Source: Dehalococcoidia bacterium (GTDB lineage Bacteria > Chloroflexota > Dehalococcoidia > Bin125). From it: DNA of 64,000 nt. Positions 38,839-48,723 of the stretch are shown in pieces. The DNA is taken from NCBI GenBank assembly GCA_965207365.1, contig OZ242281.1, forward strand, positions 68,003-132,002, read 5' to 3'. Every line of letters begins with the position of its first letter. Within the stretch, counting starts at the first letter, position 1. The notes below the pieces were generated by a model. That model saw nothing but the letters and a program-made list of their open reading frames with translations, searched no databases and was not told where the DNA came from. The position numbers and the translations under genes were made by a program.

Positions 38839-39725
38839 TCGGCGTGCGTTCCTTGCCAACGGCATCGACGGCGGAAGTTCGCGGCTACGCGCTGCGGGTT
38901 TGGGAGTGGGCGGTCGACGGCGACGCCGTGCAGACCGCCGTCCTTGTCCACGCGACCGGGTTTCATGCTCGGACCTGGGACGACGTGGTTCGGCTGCTAC
39001 CTGAGGACTGGCGCGTGTTCGCGCTCGATATGCGCGGGCACGGGGCATCGCAGTCGCCGCCGGACCGGGCGGGCGCGGACTGGCGCGAGATGGCCTCCGA
39101 CCTCAATGCGTGGTTGGAGCAGCGTGATCTCACCGATGTCGTCGCCATCGGCCATTCGATGGGCGGCTGCGTCTGCGCCATCGCCGCGGCGGACTCCGAG
39201 CGCATCACATCGCTGGCCCTGGTCGATCCGGTGCTGGTCAATCCTCGCGGCCCGATGCCGCCGACTCCGCCCGACGGTTTGGCGGTGGCGGCTCGCAAGC
39301 GGCGGCGAATCTGGGGCGGTCCGCAGGAGATGTCGGAGTCGCTGACCGGTCGCGGGGCGTTCACGCATTGGCCGAAGGAAGCGGTCGAGCGTTATGTCCG
39401 CTACGGGCTCAACCCAACCAGGCGGCTCGGCGAGTGGGAACTGGCCTGCGATCCTGAGGTCGAAGCGTGGTGCTTTGAGTACGCGCCGACGGTCGATCCG
39501 TGGCCGGAGATGGCTCGGGCAGGGCAGCCGACGCTGATCCTGCGCGCCGGCGACGCCAGGGGACACGGATCGCCGACGGGTCAGAACGCCGCCGACGTGT
39601 TCCCCAACGCCTTCGAGGAAGTGGTCGAGGATTCCGACCACTTCATTCCGATGCGGCGGCCCGATGCGGTTGCGCAAGCGGCGATCACGGTGACGACCGA
39701 CTGCTCCGCAGCCTCAGTGGACTGA
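38835..39725 (+). CDS. alpha/beta hydrolase
   Basis: HATGF, DMRGHG, GHSMGG and HFIPM motifs. GTGA overlap with the upstream gene. Confidence 0.9.
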   Translation: MIGVRSLPTASTAEVRGYALRVWEWAVDGDAVQTAVLVHATGFHARTWDDVVRLLPEDWRVFALDMRGHGASQSPPDRAGADWREMASDLNAWLEQRDLTDVVAIGHSMGGCVCAIAAADSERITSLALVDPVLVNPRGPMPPTPPDGLAVAARKRRRIWGGPQEMSESLTGRGAFTHWPKEAVERYVRYGLNPTRRLGEWELACDPEVEAWCFEYAPTVDPWPEMARAGQPTLILRAGDARGHGSPTGQNAADVFPNAFEEVVEDSDHFIPMRRPDAVAQAAITVTTDCSAASVD

Positions 39726-39765
39726 ACCGGATCGGGCTCAATCCTCTGCGCGCCTGCGGGTAAGT

Positions 39766-39977
39766 GAGGCTGTTTCAAGAGTCTCTATCCCCCGCTTTAC
39801 GCGGGGGTCTGCTCGGCCTTCGCGTCCAGACCCCCGTCATTCCCGCGTTCCTGCGCGGGAATCTCGCCGACTTTGGCACCAATGGTCGGCGGGGAGGATC
39901 GAGATACCCGCGGCAAGCGCGGGTATGACGGAAAAAGGGCGCGAGAAGTCCGGCGTTGCCGCTATTGAGACGACCTC
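39766..39977 (+). mobile_element. 212-bp MITE, copy 1
   Basis: Ends GAGGCTGTTTCAAGA and TATTGAGACGACCTC. Colinear with the reverse complement of 44865-45076. Confidence 0.8.
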
Positions 39978-39982
39978 ACGCA

Positions 39983-40018
39983 AGGCGGCCTCCCTACGGA
40001 AACGTGGGGAGGCCGCCT
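39983..40018. terminator. GC-rich hairpin, probable terminator between convergent genes
   Basis: AGGCGGCCTCCC...GGGAGGCCGCCT perfect 12-bp stem, with weak U-tracts. Confidence 0.5.
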
Positions 40019-40070
40019 CTGTTCACTGCCGCTCGGCCGCTGGCCGTTTAGCCGGCGGGGTCACGAACTG

Positions 40071-41258
40071 CTACGGCGTTTGGAGGTAGCAGCTGTACTC
40101 ATCCGGCTTGCTCTCCGGATACATGTACTCGCAGGTGTAGAACTCCTGCCCCTTATCTACCATGTCGTCATAGGCCGCGAAGAATTCGTGGGCATTCTCC
40201 AGCCAGTTGTCCGGCTTGAAGATCGCCGGGTAGGCTTTATCCTTCTGACCAGCCTTCTCGCAGTTGTTGGTACACGATTGATTCGCGATTTCCCTCGCAG
40301 TGAGGTCAGTATTGCGAGTGATCATGACCGGCGTGGTCGTAGCCGTCACCGTTTCTACATCTATCTCCATCGTATCGTCATCACCGTTCTCGTCCGTAGT
40401 GAGAATCGTCACTTTTTTGGTGCTGGGGGTGGTGGTGTACGTAGACGTGGACGTAGGTGCCGTGTTTCCGCCCGACGTACCGTAGTTCCCGTCGGGCGTC
40501 TCATCGTACTGGGAATTATACGTGTAGGTTTGCTCGACGTCATCACCTTCATCAACCGCTATGGTCTGGTGAATCTCATACGGAGTCGGCTTCGCCGGCT
40601 CGGTAGGTCGCTCGGTAGGTTGCGTGTAGGTGTCGGGCAGACTCGGATCACTCGGATTATTCTCATACTTGATGAAGTTTTCGAGGTCGTTGAGGTAGCT
40701 GACGTAGGCTTCTCGGGCCGCCTCGAGAGCGTTGAGCTCAGCAATGTATGCTTCCCAGGCCTTGTTGATGGCGAAGAGGTCGGGTACGGTTTGGGTTGTT
40801 GTCGTCACGGAAGCCGGCGTTTCATCCGTCGCTTCGACGTACGCCGTCGGGACTTTGCGCTCGACCATCGGCGTCGGCTTTTGCGGCTCGTTGATGCCGG
40901 GCGGCATGGTTGTGTACCCGCCCCCCGAGCAGAGCTTGCTGCGGTTGGGCCGCGTCTCGAGCATCACGATTCTCTGCTGTCCGGGATTATCAGGATCAGC
41001 CTCCATGACGGGTATCTGCTGTCCAGGATTCTGAGGGTCCTCCATCGTGTCCGGGATCAGCACAATGGGCAACAGTTCGCCTTGACAGATTGGGGCGCCG
41101 TTTTCATCCACGTACGGGTCGTCGACATCAGCGGGGGGCAGCTGGGCGGCGGCGGGAGAGATGAGCAGCATCGTCAGGAGTAGCGCCATCGATGCAGTGA
41201 TCAGCGCAACTGTGGCGCGCCCGATCGAGAACTGTATGGGGGGGGGTGACGGTATCAC
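40071..41258 (-). CDS. secreted Pro/Thr/acidic-rich hypothetical protein
   Basis: Signal peptide (ALLLTMLLISPAAA|Q), internal D.NPGQQ repeat, Thr-rich tracts and paired cysteines. GGAG RBS before GTG. Confidence 0.75.
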   Translation of the reverse strand: MIPSPPPIQFSIGRATVALITASMALLLTMLLISPAAAQLPPADVDDPYVDENGAPICQGELLPIVLIPDTMEDPQNPGQQIPVMEADPDNPGQQRIVMLETRPNRSKLCSGGGYTTMPPGINEPQKPTPMVERKVPTAYVEATDETPASVTTTTQTVPDLFAINKAWEAYIAELNALEAAREAYVSYLNDLENFIKYENNPSDPSLPDTYTQPTERPTEPAKPTPYEIHQTIAVDEGDDVEQTYTYNSQYDETPDGNYGTSGGNTAPTSTSTYTTTPSTKKVTILTTDENGDDDTMEIDVETVTATTTPVMITRNTDLTAREIANQSCTNNCEKAGQKDKAYPAIFKPDNWLENAHEFFAAYDDMVDKGQEFYTCEYMYPESKPDEYSCYLQTP

Positions 41259-41313
41259 TGCTCGCTCCTTCTGTATCTTGCTTCCAGGGCCTTTCCGTGT
41301 GCAGCTCCCCAGT

Positions 41314-41350
41314 GTTCCGTATAGAGAACTCGATGTTCCGCATACAGAAC
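41314..41350. promoter_or_regulatory. tandem GTTC-N8-GAAC operator-like sites
   Basis: GTTCCGTATAGAGAAC (41314-41329) and GTTCCGCATACAGAAC (41335-41350), spaced 21 bp apart upstream of the secreted-protein gene. Confidence 0.5.
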
Positions 41351-41519
41351 GCTAACGAGTTGCAACTCTGCGATTACTGAACACATCTGGTTCATCGCGA
41401 CCGCCACAGTTGGGGAATGGCGGTCAGCTAAGGGTAGCAATCGCCGCAACAGATATCAATCGGCCGTCCCGCCGGAGGCGTACTTGTGAAATAAAGTACA
41501 AGTTCGCTTGTTCCCAGTT

Positions 41520-41832
41520 CCGCTCTCTCCCCCCTTGCAGAGACTGATGCACAACTCCCCTTCTCCCCCCTTGCGGGGGAGATGCCGAAGGCAGAGGGGG
41601 GTTCCCTGCCTGTTGGCCCTATCTGGTCGTCGCCAGCTGACCCCCCTCTGTCACTCCGTGACAGAGGGGGGTCGGTCGGTGGGTACCAGATAGAAGCTGC
41701 GGACAGGACCCCCCTCTGCCCCCGCATCCCCTGGTCAAGCCAGGGGCAGGCAAGTGCGGGGCAGGCTTTCGGCATCTCCCCCGCAAGGGGGGAGAAGGGG
41801 AGTTGGGCATCGGTCTCCCCTGGGGGGAGAGA
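41520..41832. repeat. composite family A repeat with nested hairpin inserts
   Basis: Left part resembles 10229-10340 and right part resembles 17325-17430. Nested modules at 41720-41766. Confidence 0.85.
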
Positions 41833-41851
41833 GGATTTGCAAGGAACCCGC

Positions 41852-43057
41852 TTACTCGAACGCGCCCGAGACCAGGTGCTCGATGTATTCCTCACCCGAC
41901 ATGCCGACGAGGTTCTTGTAGACGTACTCGTTGTCCTCGCCGAGCAGCGGCGCGGCTTTGGTCAGCTCGGCCGGAGTCTCGGACAGGCGGAATGAGGGGC
42001 CGTCGTAGGCGCGGCGGCCCATGGTCGGGTGATCGAGCATCCAGAAATGGCCTCGGTGGGCGAGTTGCGGGTCGCTGCGCAGGTCCTCAGGGGTCTGCAC
42101 GACACCGGCCGGGACGCCGGCGGTCTGCAAGCGCTGCATCAACTCCTCGGCTGGCTGCCCGCGTGTCCAGTCGGCGATTTCCCGCTTAAGCGATTCCGAC
42201 TCAAGCGATGTCCAGCCCGGTTGTCCGGCGACGTCGGACAGCGCGGCCAATTCGTCGTTCGATGTCACCGTGATCGCGATCCAGCGGTCATCATCGTCCC
42301 CACGAGCGGCGCATTGCCAGGCGCCGTAGATATCGTGGTCGGGGTGACCGGCGCCGAGCGCCTGCTGCTCTCGTCCATTGACGGTGTAGTCGAGGATCAT
42401 CGTCTCGGTGGCGTGGATCGCCGCTTCCATCTGACCGAAGTCAATGTTCTGACCTTCGCCCGTGCGCTGCCGATGGTCGAGCGCGGCGATCAACGCTGCG
42501 GCGGCGAAATGCGGCACGAGGAAGTCGGTGTAGGCAACGCCGGTGCCGATCGGCTCCTCGCCCGGGTATGCAGTCAAATGCGAGATGCCGGCGGCGGCCT
42601 GGAGCACGTGACCGTAGCCCTGCCACATCGACCAGGGGCCGGTCAGGCCGTACATCGGCATTGAGATCATGATCAGGTCGGGGCGCACGTCGCAGAGGTC
42701 GTCGTAGGTCATGCCCCAGGCGCGCATCGCCTTGGGCGTAAAGGACTCGGTGACGACGTCGCAGTGTTCGACGATCCGCTTGGCGATCTTGACGCCGTCG
42801 GGATGCTGGAGGTTGAGCGAGACGCACTTCTTGGAAGAGTTAAAGTCGGCGTAGTAGCCGCTGTTGTCGAGGCCGGGCTCGTCATTGACAAAGGGCGGCG
42901 CGCGGCGCAGCGGTTCGGGGCGGACCGAGGACTCGATCCTGATCACCTCCGCGCCATGATCGGCGAGGTACTTGGAGACGAGCGGTCCAACCCCGACCCA
43001 GGCAAAGTCGGCGACGCGGATGCCCTCGAAGACCTTGTCGGGAAGCTCGTTGGTCAT
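41852..43057 (-). CDS. family III CoA-transferase (CaiB/BaiF; BbsF-like, catalytic Asp present)
   Basis: GIRVADFAWVGVGP, LADHGAEVIRIES, GVAYTDF and APLLGEDN motifs. Confidence 0.9.
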   Translation of the reverse strand: MTNELPDKVFEGIRVADFAWVGVGPLVSKYLADHGAEVIRIESSVRPEPLRRAPPFVNDEPGLDNSGYYADFNSSKKCVSLNLQHPDGVKIAKRIVEHCDVVTESFTPKAMRAWGMTYDDLCDVRPDLIMISMPMYGLTGPWSMWQGYGHVLQAAAGISHLTAYPGEEPIGTGVAYTDFLVPHFAAAALIAALDHRQRTGEGQNIDFGQMEAAIHATETMILDYTVNGREQQALGAGHPDHDIYGAWQCAARGDDDDRWIAITVTSNDELAALSDVAGQPGWTSLESESLKREIADWTRGQPAEELMQRLQTAGVPAGVVQTPEDLRSDPQLAHRGHFWMLDHPTMGRRAYDGPSFRLSETPAELTKAAPLLGEDNEYVYKNLVGMSGEEYIEHLVSGAFE

Positions 43058-43099
43058 CGGTTTAGCTTTCGACGGTAGAATAATCGGCCTGGTCTGAGG

Positions 43100-43459
43100 T
43101 TAGAGCTGTAGTGAAGGGAGGCGACGGAGTGTCTCGTCTTGCATGTTGATCTCGATGGCGAGGGACTCCATCGCCGTGGCTCCGAGCAATGGCTCGACAT
43201 CGTCGTCAGCGAAGACGACGGTGACACCGGCGAACCCTCCCATGAATTCGACTCGGGCTACTCCGACGCCCAGCTCATGAACCCGACCATCGGCGAGTTT
43301 GTAGCGCCTCGTCTCGTCGACGAGGATGCCGATCTCCCTCAGTCGATTTCCGGGAACCACTGTGTCAGTCGCACCTGAATCGATGAGGAATTCACCTTGC
43401 CATTGACGAGAGCTATCGGATGGGTTGCTGATGGTGACCTCTGCGTGGATTGTGCCCAT
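43100..43459 (-). CDS. clan AA (retropepsin-like) aspartyl protease
   Basis: MGTIHAEV.., FLIDSGAT, LADG and PLLGATAME motifs. Confidence 0.85.
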   Translation of the reverse strand: MGTIHAEVTISNPSDSSRQWQGEFLIDSGATDTVVPGNRLREIGILVDETRRYKLADGRVHELGVGVARVEFMGGFAGVTVVFADDDVEPLLGATAMESLAIEINMQDETLRRLPSLQL

Positions 43460-43518
43460 TGGGGGTCGCTTCCTTCGGATGTTCTTCAGCTTCATCTGCT
43501 CCACTCCTTGGTGGGATT

Positions 43519-44781
43519 TCACAGTACATCGCTTGCTACTAGCTCTGAGACTTCGTCGTCGGAGAGACCCAGGAGATTTCCGTAGACGTAGAAGTTGTGC
43601 TCGCCGATGTGCGGCGCTCGGTGTCGGACTGAGAGCGGTGTTTTGCTCAGCTTGGCCCAAGGACCAGGGTAGGAGAGATGCGCCTCCTCGTGCTGAACAT
43701 CGACCCAGTAGTCGCGATCGGCGAGGTGTTCGTTCTCCAGGAGGTCACGTGGCGTATGCACGATGCCCCAGCCGTTGCGGATTTGCTGAGCTTCGGCGAC
43801 GAGCTGTGATCGAGTGAACTTCTTGCAGAAGGCAACGAGCGTGTCGTTCAGGTAGTCGCCGTCCTCGCCAGCAGGCGGGATCAAGATTCCCTGTGTCGCA
43901 TCGAGCTTGGCCATCCACTCGTCGGAGGTGAGGTCGCCGGCCATGCCGTGATGGTCGAGCCAGTCCACGGTCTGTCGGGCGGTCAGGCCGAACAGCCCAC
44001 CGTAAGAAAGCGCGGCGACGTAGCCGTCCGCCGCCTCGTAGACGTATTGACCTGACTTGTAGCCGCCGATCTGCCGACCGTTGCCAGGCCGGCCATTGTT
44101 GATCCCACGTATGTCCCAGGTCGGCATCGCGTTGTCGTGGGTGAAGGTGACCGCCTCCTGCATCGACTGGTCGACGTGCTGGCCCTGGCCGGTCTTCGTG
44201 CGCTGGAAGTGAGCGATCATGGTGCCGACGACGGCCTGTGCGGAGGCCTGCGTGTATCCCTGCGAGGCGGTCGGTCGAATTGGCGGTCGGCCGGGCGCGC
44301 CACAGAGCGACGAGAGCCCGCCCATCGCCGTGCCGACGAGGTCGGTGGCTTTCCAATTGGCGTATGGGCCTTCTCGTCCAAACGGAGTGATTGACGTGTG
44401 AACGAGGCCGAAATGTTCAGAGCGGATGTTTTCCGCGCCGAGGCCAAGCGCGGCCGCCGCGTCGGGCGGGCAGGTTTCGACGAGGAAGTCGGCCTGCTCC
44501 AGCAGTTGACTGAACAGCTCCTGGCCTCGCTGGGTGGTGAGATCGAGGGTCGCGCCAAGCTTGTTGTGGTTGAACGTCCACCAGTGCAGTGATTGCTCGG
44601 GATCGATGACATCGCCGCGGAAGGGACCGATGAATCGCGATTCGTCACCACCGGGCGGCTCGAGCTTGATCACTTCGGCGCCAAGATCGCCGAGCATGCG
44701 TCCGGCGAGTTGGCCCAACTCATTGGTGAGGTCGAGCACTCGGAAGGGTGCAAGCGGTCCGGCAGCGGCTTGTGTGGTCAT
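43519..44781 (-). CDS. family III CoA-transferase (BbsE-like, catalytic Asp apparently absent)
   Basis: RVLDLT, LGDLGAEVIKLEPPGGD, SITPFG..GPY and RAPHIGEHN motifs. TATCAT lies 6 nt before ATG 44781. Confidence 0.88.
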   Translation of the reverse strand: MTTQAAAGPLAPFRVLDLTNELGQLAGRMLGDLGAEVIKLEPPGGDESRFIGPFRGDVIDPEQSLHWWTFNHNKLGATLDLTTQRGQELFSQLLEQADFLVETCPPDAAAALGLGAENIRSEHFGLVHTSITPFGREGPYANWKATDLVGTAMGGLSSLCGAPGRPPIRPTASQGYTQASAQAVVGTMIAHFQRTKTGQGQHVDQSMQEAVTFTHDNAMPTWDIRGINNGRPGNGRQIGGYKSGQYVYEAADGYVAALSYGGLFGLTARQTVDWLDHHGMAGDLTSDEWMAKLDATQGILIPPAGEDGDYLNDTLVAFCKKFTRSQLVAEAQQIRNGWGIVHTPRDLLENEHLADRDYWVDVQHEEAHLSYPGPWAKLSKTPLSVRHRAPHIGEHNFYVYGNLLGLSDDEVSELVASDVL

Positions 44782-44864
44782 GGGCAAATGATAGTTGTAG
44801 TGAGTGCTTCCCACAGCTCCCCCAGAGGGGGAGCTGTGGGAAGCGACTGAGGGGGCTCCCACGA

Positions 44865-45076
44865 GAGACTGTCTCAAGAGCCGCAACGCCGGACGTCTCG
44901 CGTCCCTTTCCGTCATACCCGCGCTTGCCGCGGGTATCTCGATCCACTCCGCACGACAGTTGATGCCACAGGGAGCGAGATTCCCGCGCAGGAGCGCGGG
45001 AATGACAGTGTTCTTGACGCGAACGCCGAGCAGACCCACGCGTGAAGCGGTGGATGGAGACTTTTGAGACAGCCTC
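44865..45076 (-). mobile_element. 212-bp MITE, copy 2, with 4-bp target-site duplication
   Basis: Ends GAGACTGTCTCAAGA and TTTTGAGACAGCCTC. Flanked on both sides by ACGA (44861-44864 and 45077-45080). Confidence 0.85.
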
Positions 45077-45155
45077 ACGACATGTACTTGGTCGGTTGTG
45101 CCGGGCCCCCTCCGCCCTATCGGGCACCTCCCCAAAAGGGGGAGGTCTTTTTTCG

Positions 45156-46361
<1,206 letters not shown>

Positions 46362-46487
46362 AAGAGTCTCCGTCGCTACGTCCCGACCGCGAATGCGGTC
46401 GGACGCGAATCAGTCTAGCCAGAGCGGTCGACGGGATCTCTTAGCGCATGTCGCAGCGTCACTCCTCGTTGGGCGATCTCGTACAGC

Positions 46488-47651
46488 CTATCCGGAAGTG
46501 AACGCCGCAATGCGCTCGACGCCCTCGTCGACCTCTTCATCCGGCAATGTCAGGCTGAGGCGGATGTAGCCCTCTCCGGCGGGACCGTAACCGTTTCCGG
46601 GGGTGACGACGACTCCCTGCTCTTCGATCAGACGGCTGGCGAAGTCGGCGGAGGTGTCGCCCTCGGGAATCTTTGCCCAGATGTAGAGGCTGGCCTTTGG
46701 ATTGGTGACTTCCAGGCCGATGGAGCGGAGCGCGCTGACGACCTTGTCGCGGCGCTTCTGGATGATGGCATTGTTGCCCTCGATCACCGACTGGTCGCCG
46801 TCGAGTGCCGCGATGGCCATCTGCTGGATTGCTTGGGGAATGCCGGAGTCGATGTTCGACTTGACTCGCAGCAGCGGGTCGACGAGCTCGGCGTTTCCGC
46901 AGGCCCAACCCAGTCGCCAGCCGGTCATGTTGAAGGTCTTGGAGAGGGAGAAATACTCCATCCCTGCGGCGTTGCCCGAGGGCGCCTGAAGGTAAGCGGG
47001 CGCTTCGTAGCCGTCGAAGGTGACATCGCAGTAGGCGTTGTCGTGGAGGACGGCGATCTCGTTCTCGAGTCCGAACTGCGCGGCGCGCTCGAAGAAGTCG
47101 ATATCGGCCAGCGCGCCGGTCGGGTTGTTTGGGTAGTTGATCCAGAGCACGCGGGCCCGCTCACGCACATCAGCCGGGATGGAGTCGAGATCGGGCAGAA
47201 AGCCGTTGTCTTCGGTCAACGGTAGATAGTGGGACGTGCCGCCGGCAAACATCGTGCCGATCGCGTAGACAGGATATGCCGGGTCGGGTACGAGCGCGAT
47301 ATCGCCCGGATCGATGAAGCAGAGCGCCGAGTTGGCGATGCCTTCCTTTGCCCCGATCAGCGGGACAATCTCGTTTGCGGGGTCGAGCGAGACCTCAAAC
47401 CGTTGGGCCATCCAGCGGGCGATGCACTCGCGCAGCTCGGGCAGGCCCTCAGTTTCTGGATATCGGTGATTGGCCGGCACATCGACGTGCTCATGCAGAG
47501 CCTCGAGGATGTGCGTATGAGTCGGCAGGTCGGGGTCGCCGATGCCGAAGGAGATCACGCGGACGCCCTTTTCGCGCTGTGCGGCGATTTTGCGGGAGAT
47601 CTCGACAAAGAGGTATGGAGGGAGGTCTCGGACTCGTTGGGCTGTGCGCAT
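46488..47651 (-). CDS. dapL: LL-diaminopimelate aminotransferase
   Basis: LPPYLF, GIGDPDLPT, NYPNNPTG, SLSKTFNMTGWRLG and KSNIDSG motifs. Neighbours dapF. Confidence 0.85.
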   Translation of the reverse strand: MRTAQRVRDLPPYLFVEISRKIAAQREKGVRVISFGIGDPDLPTHTHILEALHEHVDVPANHRYPETEGLPELRECIARWMAQRFEVSLDPANEIVPLIGAKEGIANSALCFIDPGDIALVPDPAYPVYAIGTMFAGGTSHYLPLTEDNGFLPDLDSIPADVRERARVLWINYPNNPTGALADIDFFERAAQFGLENEIAVLHDNAYCDVTFDGYEAPAYLQAPSGNAAGMEYFSLSKTFNMTGWRLGWACGNAELVDPLLRVKSNIDSGIPQAIQQMAIAALDGDQSVIEGNNAIIQKRRDKVVSALRSIGLEVTNPKASLYIWAKIPEGDTSADFASRLIEEQGVVVTPGNGYGPAGEGYIRLSLTLPDEEVDEGVERIAAFTSG

Positions 47652-47677
47652 CTGGACTGCTTTCAATTGGAAGGGGA

Positions 47678-47740
47678 GCCCCCTCTGCCGGAGCCCGCCC
47701 CCGCGTAGGCAGGGGACATCTCCCCTTGCAAAGGGGAGAG
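47678..47740. repeat. family A repeat with reverse-oriented hairpin insert
   Basis: CCCCCTCTGCCGGA[GCCCGCCCCCGCGTAGGCAGGGG]ACATCTCCCCTTGCAAAGGGGAGA. Confidence 0.65.
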
Positions 47741-47746
47741 AAGATC

Positions 47747-48679
47747 CTAGAAGCGGCCCCAGATTTTGCCGACTTTGACGAACGTTGTGACCTTGGCGTC
47801 TCGTCGGCGCTGGACCTCGGCTGGGTCGGCGGGGCGCTGGTAGGTGAGTTCGTTGGTCACGTGACGGAAGTTGAACTCTTTGAGCAGATCGTCGCCGACG
47901 CTCTCACCCGAGACGCGCAGCGTCATTGCGCGGCGGTTTGCTTCCGCAGCTCGCTGCATCGCGGTTGCGAGCAATGCGCTCGAGATTTCCGAGTGGTCCT
48001 GATCGGGGTGCACGATCAGTTCTTCGGCGATCACGCCGCGCTTCTCGGCGGGTGCAGTGCGGATGTAACCGGCGGGCGCGCCGTCGCGCTCGGCCAGGCC
48101 AACCCACTCGGCCTCATCGAAGAACTGATTGGCCAGTGGCGGCGCGTGCGCCGCTTCACCGGCCGACTGATGTTCGATCTCGACGACGGCGTCGCCGTCA
48201 TCGACAGTCGCTTCTCGGACGCTGATGCCCGGCACCAGTTCAGGCAGCGACTGATCGCGAACATCGCGGCAACGCATCACCGCGACCTCGGAGGGCGAAA
48301 CGAACCCCGCGCCGATCAACATCGGCTCGACGTAGTGGCGATGGGGAAAGTCGGTGTAATCGATCACCATCAGCTCGGCGTCCGAGTGCTCGCTGGCGAG
48401 CTCGCCCATCTCGTTGAGCAAGTTGGTCAGGTGCAGGCGGATGTGGTTGATCGTGTCGAACTCGTAGAACACGCGCAGATGACGTCCGTAGGGCACGCCA
48501 ATCACGTAGCCGTCATCGCACTGCGTCGACAGCATTCGCGGCAGGCGGACGAGCTGGTCGAAGTCGAGGTCGGGCTGGTTGCGGTAAGCCAGCGCCTTGG
48601 TTGCGAGAGTTTCATGCAAGTCGCGCACCATGCCGGGCGCAACGTCCTGTGCATGCCGCGTGTAGTCAGGTATGACCAT
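47747..48679 (-). CDS. GNAT-fold hypothetical protein
   Basis: C-terminal half VREAT..D..., LIVHPD..SALL..A resembles a degenerate acetyltransferase. Confidence 0.55.
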   Translation of the reverse strand: MVIPDYTRHAQDVAPGMVRDLHETLATKALAYRNQPDLDFDQLVRLPRMLSTQCDDGYVIGVPYGRHLRVFYEFDTINHIRLHLTNLLNEMGELASEHSDAELMVIDYTDFPHRHYVEPMLIGAGFVSPSEVAVMRCRDVRDQSLPELVPGISVREATVDDGDAVVEIEHQSAGEAAHAPPLANQFFDEAEWVGLAERDGAPAGYIRTAPAEKRGVIAEELIVHPDQDHSEISSALLATAMQRAAEANRRAMTLRVSGESVGDDLLKEFNFRHVTNELTYQRPADPAEVQRRRDAKVTTFVKVGKIWGRF

Positions 48680-48723
48680 TAGGTGTCCATTCGCTCGTCA
48701 AACCGGGAAAAAGAACTGGGCAT

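Noticed and set aside
41326-41338. LexA (GAAC-N4-GTTC) box
   Set aside because: Spacing is N5 (GAACTCGATGTTC). It is better explained as the junction of two GTTC-N8-GAAC sites.
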